64,000 nucleotides of DNA from Methanobacteriota archaeon. Lineage in GTDB: Archaea > Halobacteriota > Bog-38 > Methanoflorentales > Methanoflorentaceae. The stretch covers positions 288,001 through 352,000 of the forward strand of contig CAVRAO010000002.1 in assembly GCA_963719035.1 (NCBI GenBank). The letters are read 5' to 3'. The position numbers and the translations under genes are program-made. The notes under the pieces were generated by a model. That model ran no database searches. It saw only the letters and a program-made list of their open reading frames with translations, and was not told the DNA's origin. Positions within the stretch are counted from its first letter, which is position 1; each line of letters opens with the position of its first letter. This document shows, in pieces, positions 1-9,939 of the stretch.

Positions 1-189
1 TCCGGGTGCAACGACTTATCTCCACCATCCCTTTGACGATCCGGCCGCAGGTGCCGGATCAGGTCCCCAGCAATGTGCGCCTTTCAGATACGTGCGTGAC
101 CGAATCGGAGAGTGGATCGAGGCCACATTTTCCCATAATCCGTGAGCCTCTAGCTATATCAGTTGAACCCCCCTGTCGACATTCTCGAT

Positions 190-933
190 TTAAAACAATA
201 CGTTTACCGGCACCCCCTCCCTCTCGAAGCCTTTCTTCAACTCGTCGCCTTTTTCAGCAAAGAACCGATCCTCGGTCGCCCACTCCATGTTGTTTTGCCG
301 GTAGATGCGGTTTGCATAGTGGTAGTTCAGCCGGTCCACCAGGACGAAATCAACAGCACCAGCAAGTTCGCCAGGCAGCCTTTCAGCTCCGGGCAGGAGC
401 GGAGCGATCATGACGAAAGTCTTAATCCCTTCGGCATGAAGCGATTTCAAGGCATTGATCCGTTCCTTGATCATGGTGGCCCCTGGTTCAAAGATCCGCC
501 GGATCTTTTCCTCAGCCGTAGTGATGGAAAAGCCGACCTCTACTTTGCCAGATGTTTTAAGGATGTCGATATCGCGCAGCACGAGAGGGGACTTGGTCTG
601 AATCGTTACCGGCCAATCGCTCCCTAAAAGGATTTCAAGACATTTCCGGGTCAGTAGGTAATTCTTCTCTGCAGGTTGATACGGATCGCATACACCGCTT
701 ACCCAGACCCTCCCCATTGGCTTCCTTGTTATTTCCTTCGCTAGCACCTCCGGGGCATTGATCTTGACGTCTACAAACTCGCCCCATGGTTCCCGGTGAC
801 CGGTGAACCGCTTCATGAATGCAGCGTAACAATATCTGCAGGCATGGCTGCATCCCCTATACGGGTTCACGGCGTAATCATAGACCTGGGATTTCGAAAG
901 GACGGATTTTGCAGATATTTCTTGGATCTTCAT
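190..933 (-). CDS. Radical SAM protein, SPL/Rv2578c-like (DNA repair photolyase-like) family
   Basis: NPYRGCSHACRYCYA CxxxCxxC motif; DPYQPAE and TKSPLVLRDID family motifs. Confidence 0.85.
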   Translation of the reverse strand: MKIQEISAKSVLSKSQVYDYAVNPYRGCSHACRYCYAAFMKRFTGHREPWGEFVDVKINAPEVLAKEITRKPMGRVWVSGVCDPYQPAEKNYLLTRKCLEILLGSDWPVTIQTKSPLVLRDIDILKTSGKVEVGFSITTAEEKIRRIFEPGATMIKERINALKSLHAEGIKTFVMIAPLLPGAERLPGELAGAVDFVLVDRLNYHYANRIYRQNNMEWATEDRFFAEKGDELKKGFEREGVPVNVLF

Positions 934-1140
934 TCAGTTCCATCATATTTGGTGCGAGATTCGCATTATAATGTTTATCAGTGAAGTCGTTGCAACACGC
1001 TGTGAACCACAAAAGGTGCAGTACCTGTATGTCACACCGAATTACAAATTTTTTAGCTTGGAGGGCGCAAAAGTCTCTGTAGGCGATCACAAACATTAAT
1101 CTAAGGCACGCGCGATATAATTATCATGCTAGCTGTTAAT

Positions 1141-1206
1141 CAACTGCGTGATCTGTCCATAGACTCGCCAGAATCCGGGCTGCTGGAGATCCATCGCAGC
1201 AAAATC
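1141..1206 (+). pseudogene. Short remnant of an unknown small-protein family (copy 1)
   Basis: Translates QLRDLSIDSPESGLLEIHRSKI; 1177-1206 matches the minus strand near 10000-10030 at 24/30 nt. Confidence 0.45.
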
Positions 1207-1226
1207 GCTTCAGAATGGCCGGAGCA

Positions 1227-2048
1227 TCAAAGGTGAAATCTCAGATGGGTTCCTGCAGCAGTCAGCGTGCAGTCTACGTATTTGCCTATCAATTCGGCAA
1301 CTTTACATCCTGTGCAGTGTGATGCTGCGACGAACTCCACACCTCGTTCGCGCAGGAATAATGCAAGTGCCCTCACATCACGTTGAGACGCGTTCACGAG
1401 ATGCAAACCACCGACTATACCGTAGAGCGGTTTGTCAGTCATCGCTTCTACCTGCTGAATCGTGTTTCGGACGCCCGCGTGTGCACAGCCTAACAATAAT
1501 AATGCTTTCTTAGACCCTTCAACGACTACTGCAACCTCATCGAGAACGTTGTCGATCACTCTGCCGGCAGCGTCGAGCGATAGACCTGTTAAACGTTGAT
1601 CAGCAGCGAACGGTCGAGCGATCTGCCCAGTCGTCCATATCCCTTCTAATACCTCGTGTGGATCGTTATCGAAGTGAACCTCAACACCCTCGCGCTCCAA
1701 TTCCTCTTTGGCAAAGGGCGCGCTGACGTTACGAACATTATTTATTCCCTTTAACGAGAATCGCTGCGTAAAAACATCGCTGTGCGCGAAAATAGCCGTC
1801 TTTGGGAAAATGCGTGAAAAGGTTATCAGGCCGCCGGTATGGTCGTAATGACCGTGGCTTAAAACGATGGGGGGAGAATGAAACGTGGTGCCAAGAACGT
1901 GTGCATTGTGAACAGCAGATATGCCTTGACCAACGTCAAAGAGAAGTTGTTGCTCATCCCTTTCAAGCAGGATAGACAGCCCATGTTCGGCAAGCAATCC
2001 CTTTTTATTGACGGTGTTATCTGAAAGCAGCGTGATTTCGACGTCCAT
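1227..2048 (-). CDS. MBL-fold metallo-hydrolase (COG1237, MJ0301-like)
   Basis: AEHGLS, LFDVG, SHGHYDHTGG, GCAHAG, GGLHL and SHCTG motifs. Confidence 0.9.
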   Translation of the reverse strand: MDVEITLLSDNTVNKKGLLAEHGLSILLERDEQQLLFDVGQGISAVHNAHVLGTTFHSPPIVLSHGHYDHTGGLITFSRIFPKTAIFAHSDVFTQRFSLKGINNVRNVSAPFAKEELEREGVEVHFDNDPHEVLEGIWTTGQIARPFAADQRLTGLSLDAAGRVIDNVLDEVAVVVEGSKKALLLLGCAHAGVRNTIQQVEAMTDKPLYGIVGGLHLVNASQRDVRALALFLRERGVEFVAASHCTGCKVAELIGKYVDCTLTAAGTHLRFHL

Positions 2049-2062
2049 CTATGCGTTAACCC

Positions 2063-2151
2063 CTCCTTATTAAGCGTGTTAACCTGATCGATAATCTCGT
2101 TCTATCTTCGAGCAGGCGCTTGACCTTGCGCAGGGTCTCTTCAGCGTCCAT
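2063..2151 (-). pseudogene. Truncated, frameshifted paralog of the DUF6788-like gene at 3854-4255 (N-terminal coiled-coil only)
   Basis: With one frameshift at ~2102 reads MDAEETLRKVKRLLEDS/NEIIDQVNTLNKE versus DADDKLYKVKKLLDESNEIVDRIKSLKAE (about half identical). Confidence 0.65.
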
Positions 2152-2356
2152 CGCATTGGCAAAGGTCCAATTCCTTCGCTGGAGGCCTTTTACGCATTAG
2201 CTTAGTTTTACTTAACGCTACATCAATAAGAAGGTAGCAAGCGCGCTCAATGATCCTCGCATCATCAACGTGAGAAGAATATAAAAACGATCACTTGTCT
2301 TTATCATCCCAGAATGAAGGGTTTTTTCTGGCCTGGCGATTCACGCAAATGTTTGT

Positions 2357-3574
2357 TTAGCGATGTCTCGCCCGCGAGTATGCAAAGATAGTAGCTATTA
2401 ACGCGATCGCAAGGAATGCACCTTCTACGCCGAATCCAGGCGTTGACGTTTGTGATGCTGCACTCGTGAGGTTAGATGACTGCGTGGATGCTGTAGATGC
2501 AGAAGGAGATGATGAAGCTGCATTGGTTACTCCTATGTCCGTATACTTCTCAAAAGGCTGAACCAATGGGTACTTATCGCCAGACACGGAAGCGGCGCTA
2601 CCAATCCCTGTCCCATTGGCGTCACTACCCTTGTAATCTGAGAAGTAGTTGCCCATATACCCGATATGTGTCGCACCGCCAAACGTGTAAGGGAGCTGCT
2701 GTGGCGAGTTCAACACGATCCCTTGCACATCGCTTATGGAGTTTGGCTGGCTCACGAAGTTATTTAGGTAGATCTGGTCCCCGGTCTCCGTGATAGAGAG
2801 AATCCCCAGGTTAACGTTCCCGCTGACGGTGTTAAAGGTGAGTGTGTTATTGTTCGACTCGCGGAGCCGGACGCCGATGTCTTGGTTGTTGAGTATAGAG
2901 TTGTTGGTAATCGTGTTGCCGGATGAGTGATAGAGTGAGATGCCAAAGACGTGGTTGGCACTAAGGTTGGTGTGGGTGATCGTGTTGGTGTCGGAGTAGT
3001 ACATATAGATGCCATCGCCGAGCGTCTTTCCATCACCTTGCTCGCCCGTTGCAATGTTACTCGATATAGTGTTGTTTGACGCGTTATCACAGTAAACGCC
3101 ATATCCGTTATCGGCAAGATTGCTTGAGCTCACCTCGCAATTCGTAGCGCCATCGAGATAGATGGCGCGATCGTTTGCGTGAGCGCTGATGCCAGTTACA
3201 ACACATGCTGAACTGTGATCGACGTGAACACCCGAGGCGCCCGTCGCTCCTGTGATTGTCAATCCTTCTAGGCGAACGTTCTTCGCTTGCACGAGAAACA
3301 CATCTTTGCTCGGATCTGCCGCGGCAACTACAACTGATCCTGGACTGGCGGCCTTAATGGTGACTGACTTCGTCACGATTACATTCTCGGTGTAAGTGCC
3401 GGCACTAATGGTGATCGTGTCGCCGGGTTGGGCGGTGTTGATCGCTCCAGTGATGGATGTGTATTGACCTCCTGAGCCAACATTTAGCGCGGCGCCGTTA
3501 ACTGAAACAGCGAGAGTGCATAAGAGTAAACATAAGACTAAAATGCTTAAAAGAGGGGCTGCAATCTTATTCAC
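2357..3574 (-). CDS. Secreted right-handed beta-helix (NosD/CASH) surface protein with PGF-CTERM sorting signal
   Basis: N-terminal signal peptide; YTSITGAI...GTYTENV and Asn-rich parallel beta-helix repeats; Ser/Thr linker then TPGF + hydrophobic helix + basic tail RARHR. Confidence 0.9.
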   Translation of the reverse strand: MNKIAAPLLSILVLCLLLCTLAVSVNGAALNVGSGGQYTSITGAINTAQPGDTITISAGTYTENVIVTKSVTIKAASPGSVVVAAADPSKDVFLVQAKNVRLEGLTITGATGASGVHVDHSSACVVTGISAHANDRAIYLDGATNCEVSSSNLADNGYGVYCDNASNNTISSNIATGEQGDGKTLGDGIYMYYSDTNTITHTNLSANHVFGISLYHSSGNTITNNSILNNQDIGVRLRESNNNTLTFNTVSGNVNLGILSITETGDQIYLNNFVSQPNSISDVQGIVLNSPQQLPYTFGGATHIGYMGNYFSDYKGSDANGTGIGSAASVSGDKYPLVQPFEKYTDIGVTNAASSSPSASTASTQSSNLTSAASQTSTPGFGVEGAFLAIALIATIFAYSRARHR

Positions 3575-3853
3575 AAGGAGCCATCTCGGGAGAATACTTT
3601 TTTTTCGAAACTCTTGAAATTATTACGCGTTAGATTCCTAGCTCGCCTAATTGGAAAGACCCCAATACGAGCAAACTGTTACGCACGAACTCAGTATCGC
3701 TCTGACCATATAAGTCTTACCCAGATGAGATATCTTAATACAGTTATCAGGTTAAGAAGTAATATATTCATAAACGCTATATAATTTAGCATAATTCAAA
3801 AGCGAGAAGAAGCATCGCCAAAGTGCTTTCAGTACGGGACAAGGATCGGTTAA

Positions 3854-4255
3854 ATGAAAATTGAAGATGTGCTTGAAGACGCCGACGACAAATTATACAA
3901 GGTAAAGAAGCTGCTGGACGAAAGCAACGAGATCGTTGACCGAATCAAGTCCCTTAAAGCCGAAAGAGCGCAGCTAAAACCTCTCCCTGGCTCACTTCGC
4001 AGGCGAATGATAAAGTGTGGCAAAAAGAGCTGCAGGTGTAGGAAAGGACAACTGCACGGCCCGTACTGTTATTTTGCGCCGTCAAAATGCCGAGGAAAAT
4101 GGCAATATATATCGGTAGAGGATCTAAAAAAAGTTGAACAAGGCGTTGCAGACTGGAAAAAACAGCAAAAAATTGATACAGAGCTAAAAGATGTCTCGGC
4201 GCGCCTAAAAGAGATAAGAGGTGAAGTGATAGAGCTCATCCCAGCGGCTGAGTGA
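3854..4255 (+). CDS. DUF6788-like Zn-binding protein with flanking coiled coils
   Basis: GSL...KCGKKSCRCRKGQLHGPY motif. Confidence 0.7.
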   Translation: MKIEDVLEDADDKLYKVKKLLDESNEIVDRIKSLKAERAQLKPLPGSLRRRMIKCGKKSCRCRKGQLHGPYCYFAPSKCRGKWQYISVEDLKKVEQGVADWKKQQKIDTELKDVSARLKEIRGEVIELIPAAE

Positions 4256-4370
4256 TAAACCACGGTAATAACACTCCAGCAGTCCTAACCAGCCTTTAAT
4301 CGGTTGCTGCATTTTTACCGATATTCTTACATTGCAAAAAGTTTAATAGCTTATAGATCAGAGTAAGATC

Positions 4371-4640
4371 GTGAATCGTGAAATAGTCGTCTCCGTCAGC
4401 GTTAGAGCGGTCGGATACGACAAGGACACATCAACGCTCGAAATTGAATTCTGTGATTCGAGTGTCTTTCAGTATTCAAAAGTGCCTGAGGAGGTCTACG
4501 CGGGCTTTATGGATTCTTTAGGCTTGAACCTTGAAAAAACGGACCTGCAATACTTCGCCAAAAAAATCAAGGGGCACTACAAACAAAAGGTCGTGCGAAG
4601 GCCGCGGCTTAACCTCTTCAAAGGCGTTTTTGATACTTAA
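4371..4640 (+). CDS. KTSC domain protein
   Basis: SVRAVGYD...LEIEF...FQYSKVPEEVYAGFM pattern; BRE/TATA-like GCAAAAAGTTTAATA upstream. Confidence 0.85.
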   Translation: MNREIVVSVSVRAVGYDKDTSTLEIEFCDSSVFQYSKVPEEVYAGFMDSLGLNLEKTDLQYFAKKIKGHYKQKVVRRPRLNLFKGVFDT

Positions 4641-4723
4641 GCGCAAAACCTACCGCAACTTTTTTTCCCTGACATATCTCAAAGCGTATTACTTCGTGGT
4701 TTGGTCAATATAATGGTGTGACG

Positions 4724-5586
4724 TTATTTCTGTGTTCTTTCGGCAAATCGTTGCCAGAGCGCTTTGATTTCCTCAGATGCTCGACTGTCTGTGTAAGCTG
4801 TTACAGGGGTGTGATGTAGAAGAGCACGCACGACGCTGCGATCGTGCTGAATCTTGCCTAAGACTTCTATACCTTCAGTCTTGACAGAATTGTAGTTATG
4901 TCTTGCGTGTTACCTTTATGCAAGTCACATTGATTTACGCACACGTACGTGGGCACGCTAAAGTGCTTGCATACAGACAGCACGCGTTTCATGTCGGATA
5001 TAGCAGAGAGACTCGGCTCTGTGACAATGAGTGCGGCCGTTGCACCGTTAATCGATGCAATCACAGGGCACCCCATACCGGGAGGGCCGTCAATAATGAT
5101 GCACTCTCGATTGGTATCGCGTGCAATCTCCTCGGCGGTCTGCCGGACAAGCGTAACAAGTTTGCCAGAGTTCGCCTCGCCTGGTTCAAGCTGCGCGTGA
5201 ACAAGAGGCCCATAGGCACCGTATGAAACGCACAACTGCCCTGAGTAGACCTCTTGCATCGTGATTGCTTCTTGTGGACAGACACGAGAGCAGACGCCGC
5301 ATCCCTCGCATAAGAAGTAATTAACAGTGCCTTCTTGTATTGCGTTAAAATGGCACGTCTCGCCGCAAAGCCCACATTGCGTGCACAATGTGAGATCAAC
5401 AAAAGCTTTTTGGGAAGCTCTGAATTGCTCCGACACGGTTGTCTGCCCGTCGAGGAGGAGGCTTAAATCGGCAGCATCGACATCACAATCGGCAAAAACA
5501 GCGTTCTTCGCCAAAACTGCAAGTGACGCTACAATTGACGTCTTGCCGGTGCCACCTTTCCCGCTGATAACAGTGAATGTCTTCAA
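4724..5586 (-). pseudogene. MinD-superfamily P-loop ATPase with inserted 2x[4Fe-4S] ferredoxin domain (COG1149), frameshifted near the C-terminus
   Basis: SGKGGTGKT, DCDVDA, CTQCGLC/CEGCGVC, IDGPPGMGCP; the tail EGIEVLGKIQHD...IKALWQRF* is in another frame ending at 4724. Confidence 0.8.
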
Positions 5587-5632
5587 AGGTTAGCTGTCTC
5601 CCTCCGATCAACGTACTGCATTATCCGCCGGC

Positions 5633-6481
5633 TCACCCGTCCACCAGCTTTCTTATGTCATAGTAAAGTGCGCGGAACCGCTCGGGGTATTCGGCGAGCG
5701 ACCCTATTGCAGGCTTACCTTGGGCATACGCTATTGTCAGTTGTTTGACATATGGGATCCTCATCACTATAGGCAGTCCTTCCTTCAGGCAGTAATTCTC
5801 TACCGCGCTGTCCCCATATCAGCGCGGTTGATGATGACACCCATCCGAAGATCTAGCTTTCGTGCGAGCTTGACAGCGAGTGTGAGGTCATGTAACCCAA
5901 AAGGTGTGGGCTCGGTAACAAGCAGGCAGATATCACTTCCCTCTATTGCGTCGACGACAGGACACGATGTACCCGGCGGCGCGTCTACGATAACGAACGC
6001 ATCGTCTGGCACCCTTCGTTTTAAGAGCTATGAATAATCGGCGTCGAGAAACCTTCATGCGGAGAGAGTTTTCCTTGACATTGAACGCAATGTTACCGGC
6101 GTGACCACACTCTAAGAGACCGATCTTGTGTTCTTTTCTCCCTATAGCGTGCTCAGGACAAAAGAGCTCACACCCGCCACAATCGTGACAGAGGTCAGGA
6201 AATACGAGAACACGATCTTTTACGATGGCGAGCGCTTTGAACGCACAAATGTCTGCACACGTTCCACAAAACGTGCATCGCGTGCTGTCGACCGTAGGGC
6301 AGGCTGCGACGATGGGCTCGTAGTATGTAAGTTGTGGTTTTAAAAACAGGTGCGCATTGGGAGCTTCCACGTCACAGTCAAAAAACTGGACTTCGCAGTC
6401 GCGCTCCATCGCAAGCGCAAGGTTGGTGGCTATAGTCGTCTTGCCTGTGCCTCCCTTCCCGCTTGCAACTGATACAATCAT
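5633..6481 (-). pseudogene. Second COG1149 MinD-like 4Fe-4S ATPase, split by frameshifts
   Basis: Fragments 5933-6481 (SGKGGTGKTT, DCDVEAPN, CTFCGTC, CHDCGGC), 5800-6012 (DAPPGTSCP, TEPTPFGLHDL) and a third frame (YCLKEGLPIVMRIPY...) ending TGA at 5633. Confidence 0.8.
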
Positions 6482-6505
6482 ATTTGCGCGAGCATCAGCA
6501 GGTTC

Positions 6506-6877
6506 TTATCGTTTCACTCGTGAGAGCAGTCGTCGTGATGGGACAGCCCATGCTTCACACGTGCTTACGCCAGGCTCCAGTGCTCCCTGAACATATTGCT
6601 CTGCGACAAGCTCAATGGGCCCTGTCACGCCAAGCACAGCTTCGATTCCCGCTTTGTCAAAGAGCTCCTGAGCCTTTACGCCCATGCCACCAGCGATGAT
6701 TACGTTCACGCCTTGCTCGTGGAGGTATCCAGGAAGAAAGTTTGGTCTGTGGCCAGGATTGTTTATGATTTCTTTTTGACGTATGCTGTCCTGTTCAATC
6801 GTGTATATCGTGTATTCTGGGCAATGTCCGAAGTGCTGGCACACTGCCTCATTCTCTGTCGCAATAGCTACTTTCAT
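6506..6877 (-). CDS. NifB/NifX family (MTH1175-like) metal-cluster-binding protein
   Basis: MKVAIA...HFGHCPEY...GVNVIIAGGMG; ATG at 6877 with GGAGG SD; probable extra base near 6553 masks a His/Cys tail (CEHGLSHHDDCSHE). Confidence 0.85.
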   Translation of the reverse strand: MKVAIATENEAVCQHFGHCPEYTIYTIEQDSIRQKEIINNPGHRPNFLPGYLHEQGVNVIIAGGMGVKAQELFDKAGIEAVLGVTGPIELVAEQYVQGALEPGVSTCEAWAVPSRRLLSRVKR

Positions 6878-6898
6878 GTGTTGCCTCCTTCCCGTAGT

Positions 6899-7189
6899 CA
6901 CTCGAGTGCATTCAGAAATTATTCCTGCCTTAGTTATTTGTACGGCGATTAGCGCTTTTTAGTACCTGTTGGGCATGTGGCCCAACTTCACCGGTAAGAC
7001 GATTTGCACGTCATGATCGACAGCAAATGTGACGGCTGAGCGTGCTCGTGATCTCGAGGCATAGTTGTTGGCGAATGCCACGAAATCTCCTGTTGACGAA
7101 TCCCAGATTATGAAAAAACGACAACGCCCAAAACGAGGGTCTATCGGTGCGGTAATTTCGTTCCCATATGCTGTGACTAAGACTCTCAT
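6899..7189 (-). pseudogene. Second NifB/NifX family protein, frameshifted
   Basis: IDPRFGRCRFFII motif; continuation TGEVGPHAQQVL lies in another frame; 3' end approximate. Confidence 0.7.
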
Positions 7190-7327
7190 TGCTATTCCTG
7201 CCCTACCGTTTCGTCGCCCTGCGCTTCGTGGTTATTATATTCACGTCTAGCCGATTCAAGTGTCGCTCTGATTGCACCGCCCTCGTGCCGTCCATCTCGT
7301 CTGCTTCACTGGGGTAATCAAGATCCA

Positions 7328-7573
7328 CTAACTCGCGGCCTCATCGTTTGCAAAAAAGCCTACAGAACGGAGACCAGTGCGTGCCCATCGCGACAACCCT
7401 GTCATTAAGTATTGCCATCGGTGACCCCTACAATGCCCAGAACCACAGTCTTGTTGGGCTCGTGAACAGCGGGGTAAGACTTCTATATTCGTAGCACAGC
7501 TGCCGTGATAGCCGTATCTTCTGTTCATAAAACTGCCAACTGCTGCAGATCTTCCTCGACCTTCGTTAGACAT
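7328..7573 (-). CDS. DUF5320-like Gly/Arg-rich small protein (possibly degraded)
   Basis: GHCRGHRWQYLMTGLSRWAR resembles the family motif; position typical of this cluster. Confidence 0.45.
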   Translation of the reverse strand: MSNEGRGRSAAVGSFMNRRYGYHGSCATNIEVLPRCSRAQQDCGSGHCRGHRWQYLMTGLSRWARTGLRSVGFFANDEAAS

Positions 7574-7599
7574 TGTGCGTCACATCCTTTCGTGGGGTT

Positions 7600-8433
7600 A
7601 GCGTAGCTGAGATCTCTTCTTCGATGTTATAGAAGGCGAGTACCACTCTATAAATCGCTTTTTTGCATTCGTAGAGCTTGAACCCTCACTTAGGTGTCAA
7701 GTAATAGTAGTGCCTCAGTCTCCGATAATTGCCGCGTCAAGCGGAATACCGCAGATAAATGGAACTTCAAGCTCCGTTGCAGATCGCACTACGTCATCCG
7801 GGTTGAATACGGCTACATGAGTGTGGCAGGTCGGACACGTATATCCGCTCATATTCTCAACGATGCCTATGACTGGGACTCCTAGTTTGTGGGCGAAATC
7901 CACTGATTTCCGTGAACTCGTGAGGGCCACTTCCTGTGGCGTCGTCACTATGAGCGCCACCGTCGGGCTTTAAATCCTGAGCAATTGAGAGTGGCTCATC
8001 GCCTGTTCCAGGGGGCAAATCAACGACCATAAAATCAAGTGAACCCCAGTTAGTCTAATGAATGAACTGCCTTATCGCCCCCATTTTAACGCCGCCGCGC
8101 CAAATGATAGAGCAATCCGAAGAAGGAACCAGAGAATCCCGTCGAGAGAACCTTGAGATTTTCCGAATAAGAAATGGGCACGAGCTGCTTATTCTCGTAT
8201 CCTACATATCCTGTAACGCCTAAAAGCCGTGGGAAACAGGACTACGACAAGCCGGTATCGAACAATCCACTTAGTGCCGAGTCCAAGTGCAACGGCAAGG
8301 TTCCCTTACTGTCTACTTTCCGACAGCCGCCTTTCCCGCTCATGACAATGATGCAGTGCTTGGCATTGAGGTTTTTAGGCACCGTATTAAGATGCAGTGG
8401 TATGCTTTTCTGAGCATTATCTCTCGTCGCCAT
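7600..8433 (-). pseudogene. Mrp/NBP35 Fe-S cluster carrier ATPase pseudogene
   Basis: Fragments [56 protein letters not shown] in several frames; in-frame TAG at 8055-8057; ends approximate. Confidence 0.85.
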
Positions 8434-8623
8434 GACTTTTACCGATACTATCATTCAATCTGATAGATAATAAATCTTACTCCGATTAATTAAAATAGCA
8501 AATATTATTTTGATAAGAAAATCAGGGTTGGCCCTGGATAGATTAGAAAGCCTCGATATTAAAACTCAAAAAAAATATCAGAGAATGCGAAACGACACAG
8601 CTGAAGTGAGCGTCCGGCAAACC

Positions 8624-9208
8624 TTACATGTTCGGGTGGCACAGAATGCACGTGGAACGATCGTTGAGGTTGTGGTAGTAGATATAATCGTGGCCGTCGA
8701 TGCTTGTCGGAATAGACGAAGGATTGGCCACTGCACTTTGACTCGGCACTGATGCTGCAGGACGGCTCGTCGTTGTGTTTATAATCGATCCAGATGATGT
8801 AGTTGGGCTCGAACTAGACGGTGCGGTATTCGATGCGGACACGGCAATTATCACGACTGCTACTATCATCACACCTATAAGTAATAGGGCTAAAAAGCGT
8901 TTCATAGAGTGGTCTTTCTTGGGCTCAGTTTTCGCAAAACGCTGGGGTAAGTACTTGATGTAGCTCCAGTGAAGGACGAGATGGAGAGCCACAAGGCCAG
9001 TGAACAATAGCCCGAGATACGTGTGCACGTCAAGCCATATTTGCCGTTGAATGCCCAGAAACGTTTGGTGGCTTAACACTGTCCCAAAGGCAGCAAGTTG
9101 GCTTCCTCGTGGCAAGTAGAGCCAAATGATAATCCCCGTAACAGCGGCGACGAGCAAGGGGAAAAATGCAATCGTATCAACAATCGCGTTTAACGTTGTC
9201 TTTCGCAT
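8624..9208 (-). CDS. DUF4405 (cytochrome b-like, His-bearing) membrane protein fused to a membrane-anchored C-terminal CxxCH heme-c motif
   Basis: ATG at 9208 with GAGGAG SD; WLDVHTYLGL...LHLVLHW DUF4405 pattern; third TM helix, Ser/Thr/Pro linker, GHDYIYYHNLNDRSTCILCH. Confidence 0.75.
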   Translation of the reverse strand: MRKTTLNAIVDTIAFFPLLVAAVTGIIIWLYLPRGSQLAAFGTVLSHQTFLGIQRQIWLDVHTYLGLLFTGLVALHLVLHWSYIKYLPQRFAKTEPKKDHSMKRFLALLLIGVMIVAVVIIAVSASNTAPSSSSPTTSSGSIINTTTSRPAASVPSQSAVANPSSIPTSIDGHDYIYYHNLNDRSTCILCHPNM

Positions 9209-9939
9209 GAAAACTCCTCGCACTGTAAATTGATAGCTTTTACGCCCCCCCATCCGCAACAGTGTCTTCATAGAGTGTCGGATCATCAAGTATAGGATAA
9301 TACATAGCACCTTCGGTGTGAGTAGGGGGTGACTAAGCATCACTTTTCCAAGACTTATTAGTCGTGTTTATCATAATAGGCTTCGTGCAGATATTTCTCG
9401 GACTAATCCAAAATCTGTATTATTGCGATAAGTAAAGAAGCGGGGACTCGCAGGTCAAACGACCTTCAATGAACGCTGAACCCTCTTTTTGTAGTGCTAT
9501 ATCGCGTAGCGTGTCTAGCAAGATAAACCAGTGATGCGGCAGATTCTTCGTGCGGCAATAGAGCAGCGGCATCTAACCATCACGGATATTACCGAGAATT
9601 AGAAGTAGTTTAGTGGGGGTTAAATGTGAATTGACCCTGTAAAATATAAATACGCAATAAACCACGCGGCGACTAGTCCAATTGCTACGGCTAAAACCAC
9701 AAGGTCTTGTGTGCTAGAGAATTTGCTAAATTTACTATATTCCATACTCAAACGCCTTTTAAGGTCGATAAATCTACTAAACATAAGAGGGCGTTAACGT
9801 AGTTTAGTGTTGTGCTCTCTCTAAACATCGATTAGCCAGTACATCAGAATAAACCCCCTTGCCACTCCATCCAAAGAACATGCAACCTAAAGTGCTTGAG
9901 GTAATGATTTGGTCACCGTGCGTTAACTTGCGTGCTGGC

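Noticed and set aside
6-627. Plus-strand ORFs 6-413 and 163-627 and the many other antisense or nested ORFs (e.g. 12411-13130, 13887-14555)
   Set aside because: They overlap well-supported genes and show no family motifs; shadow ORFs
6506-7189. NifB/NifX genes or cfbD as evidence of nitrogen fixation
   Set aside because: No nifHDK in the window; these are MTH1175-like ORP-cluster proteins, and the NifD-like gene is cfbD
8055-8057. In-frame TAG in Mrp as a pyrrolysine codon
   Set aside because: The same gene has several frameshifts and eroded motifs; no pyl genes in the window
9605-9809. 11-bp direct repeat GTAGTTTAGTG (9605 and 9799) as a target-site duplication
   Set aside because: No terminal inverted repeats or coding remnant recognised between the copies; could be chance
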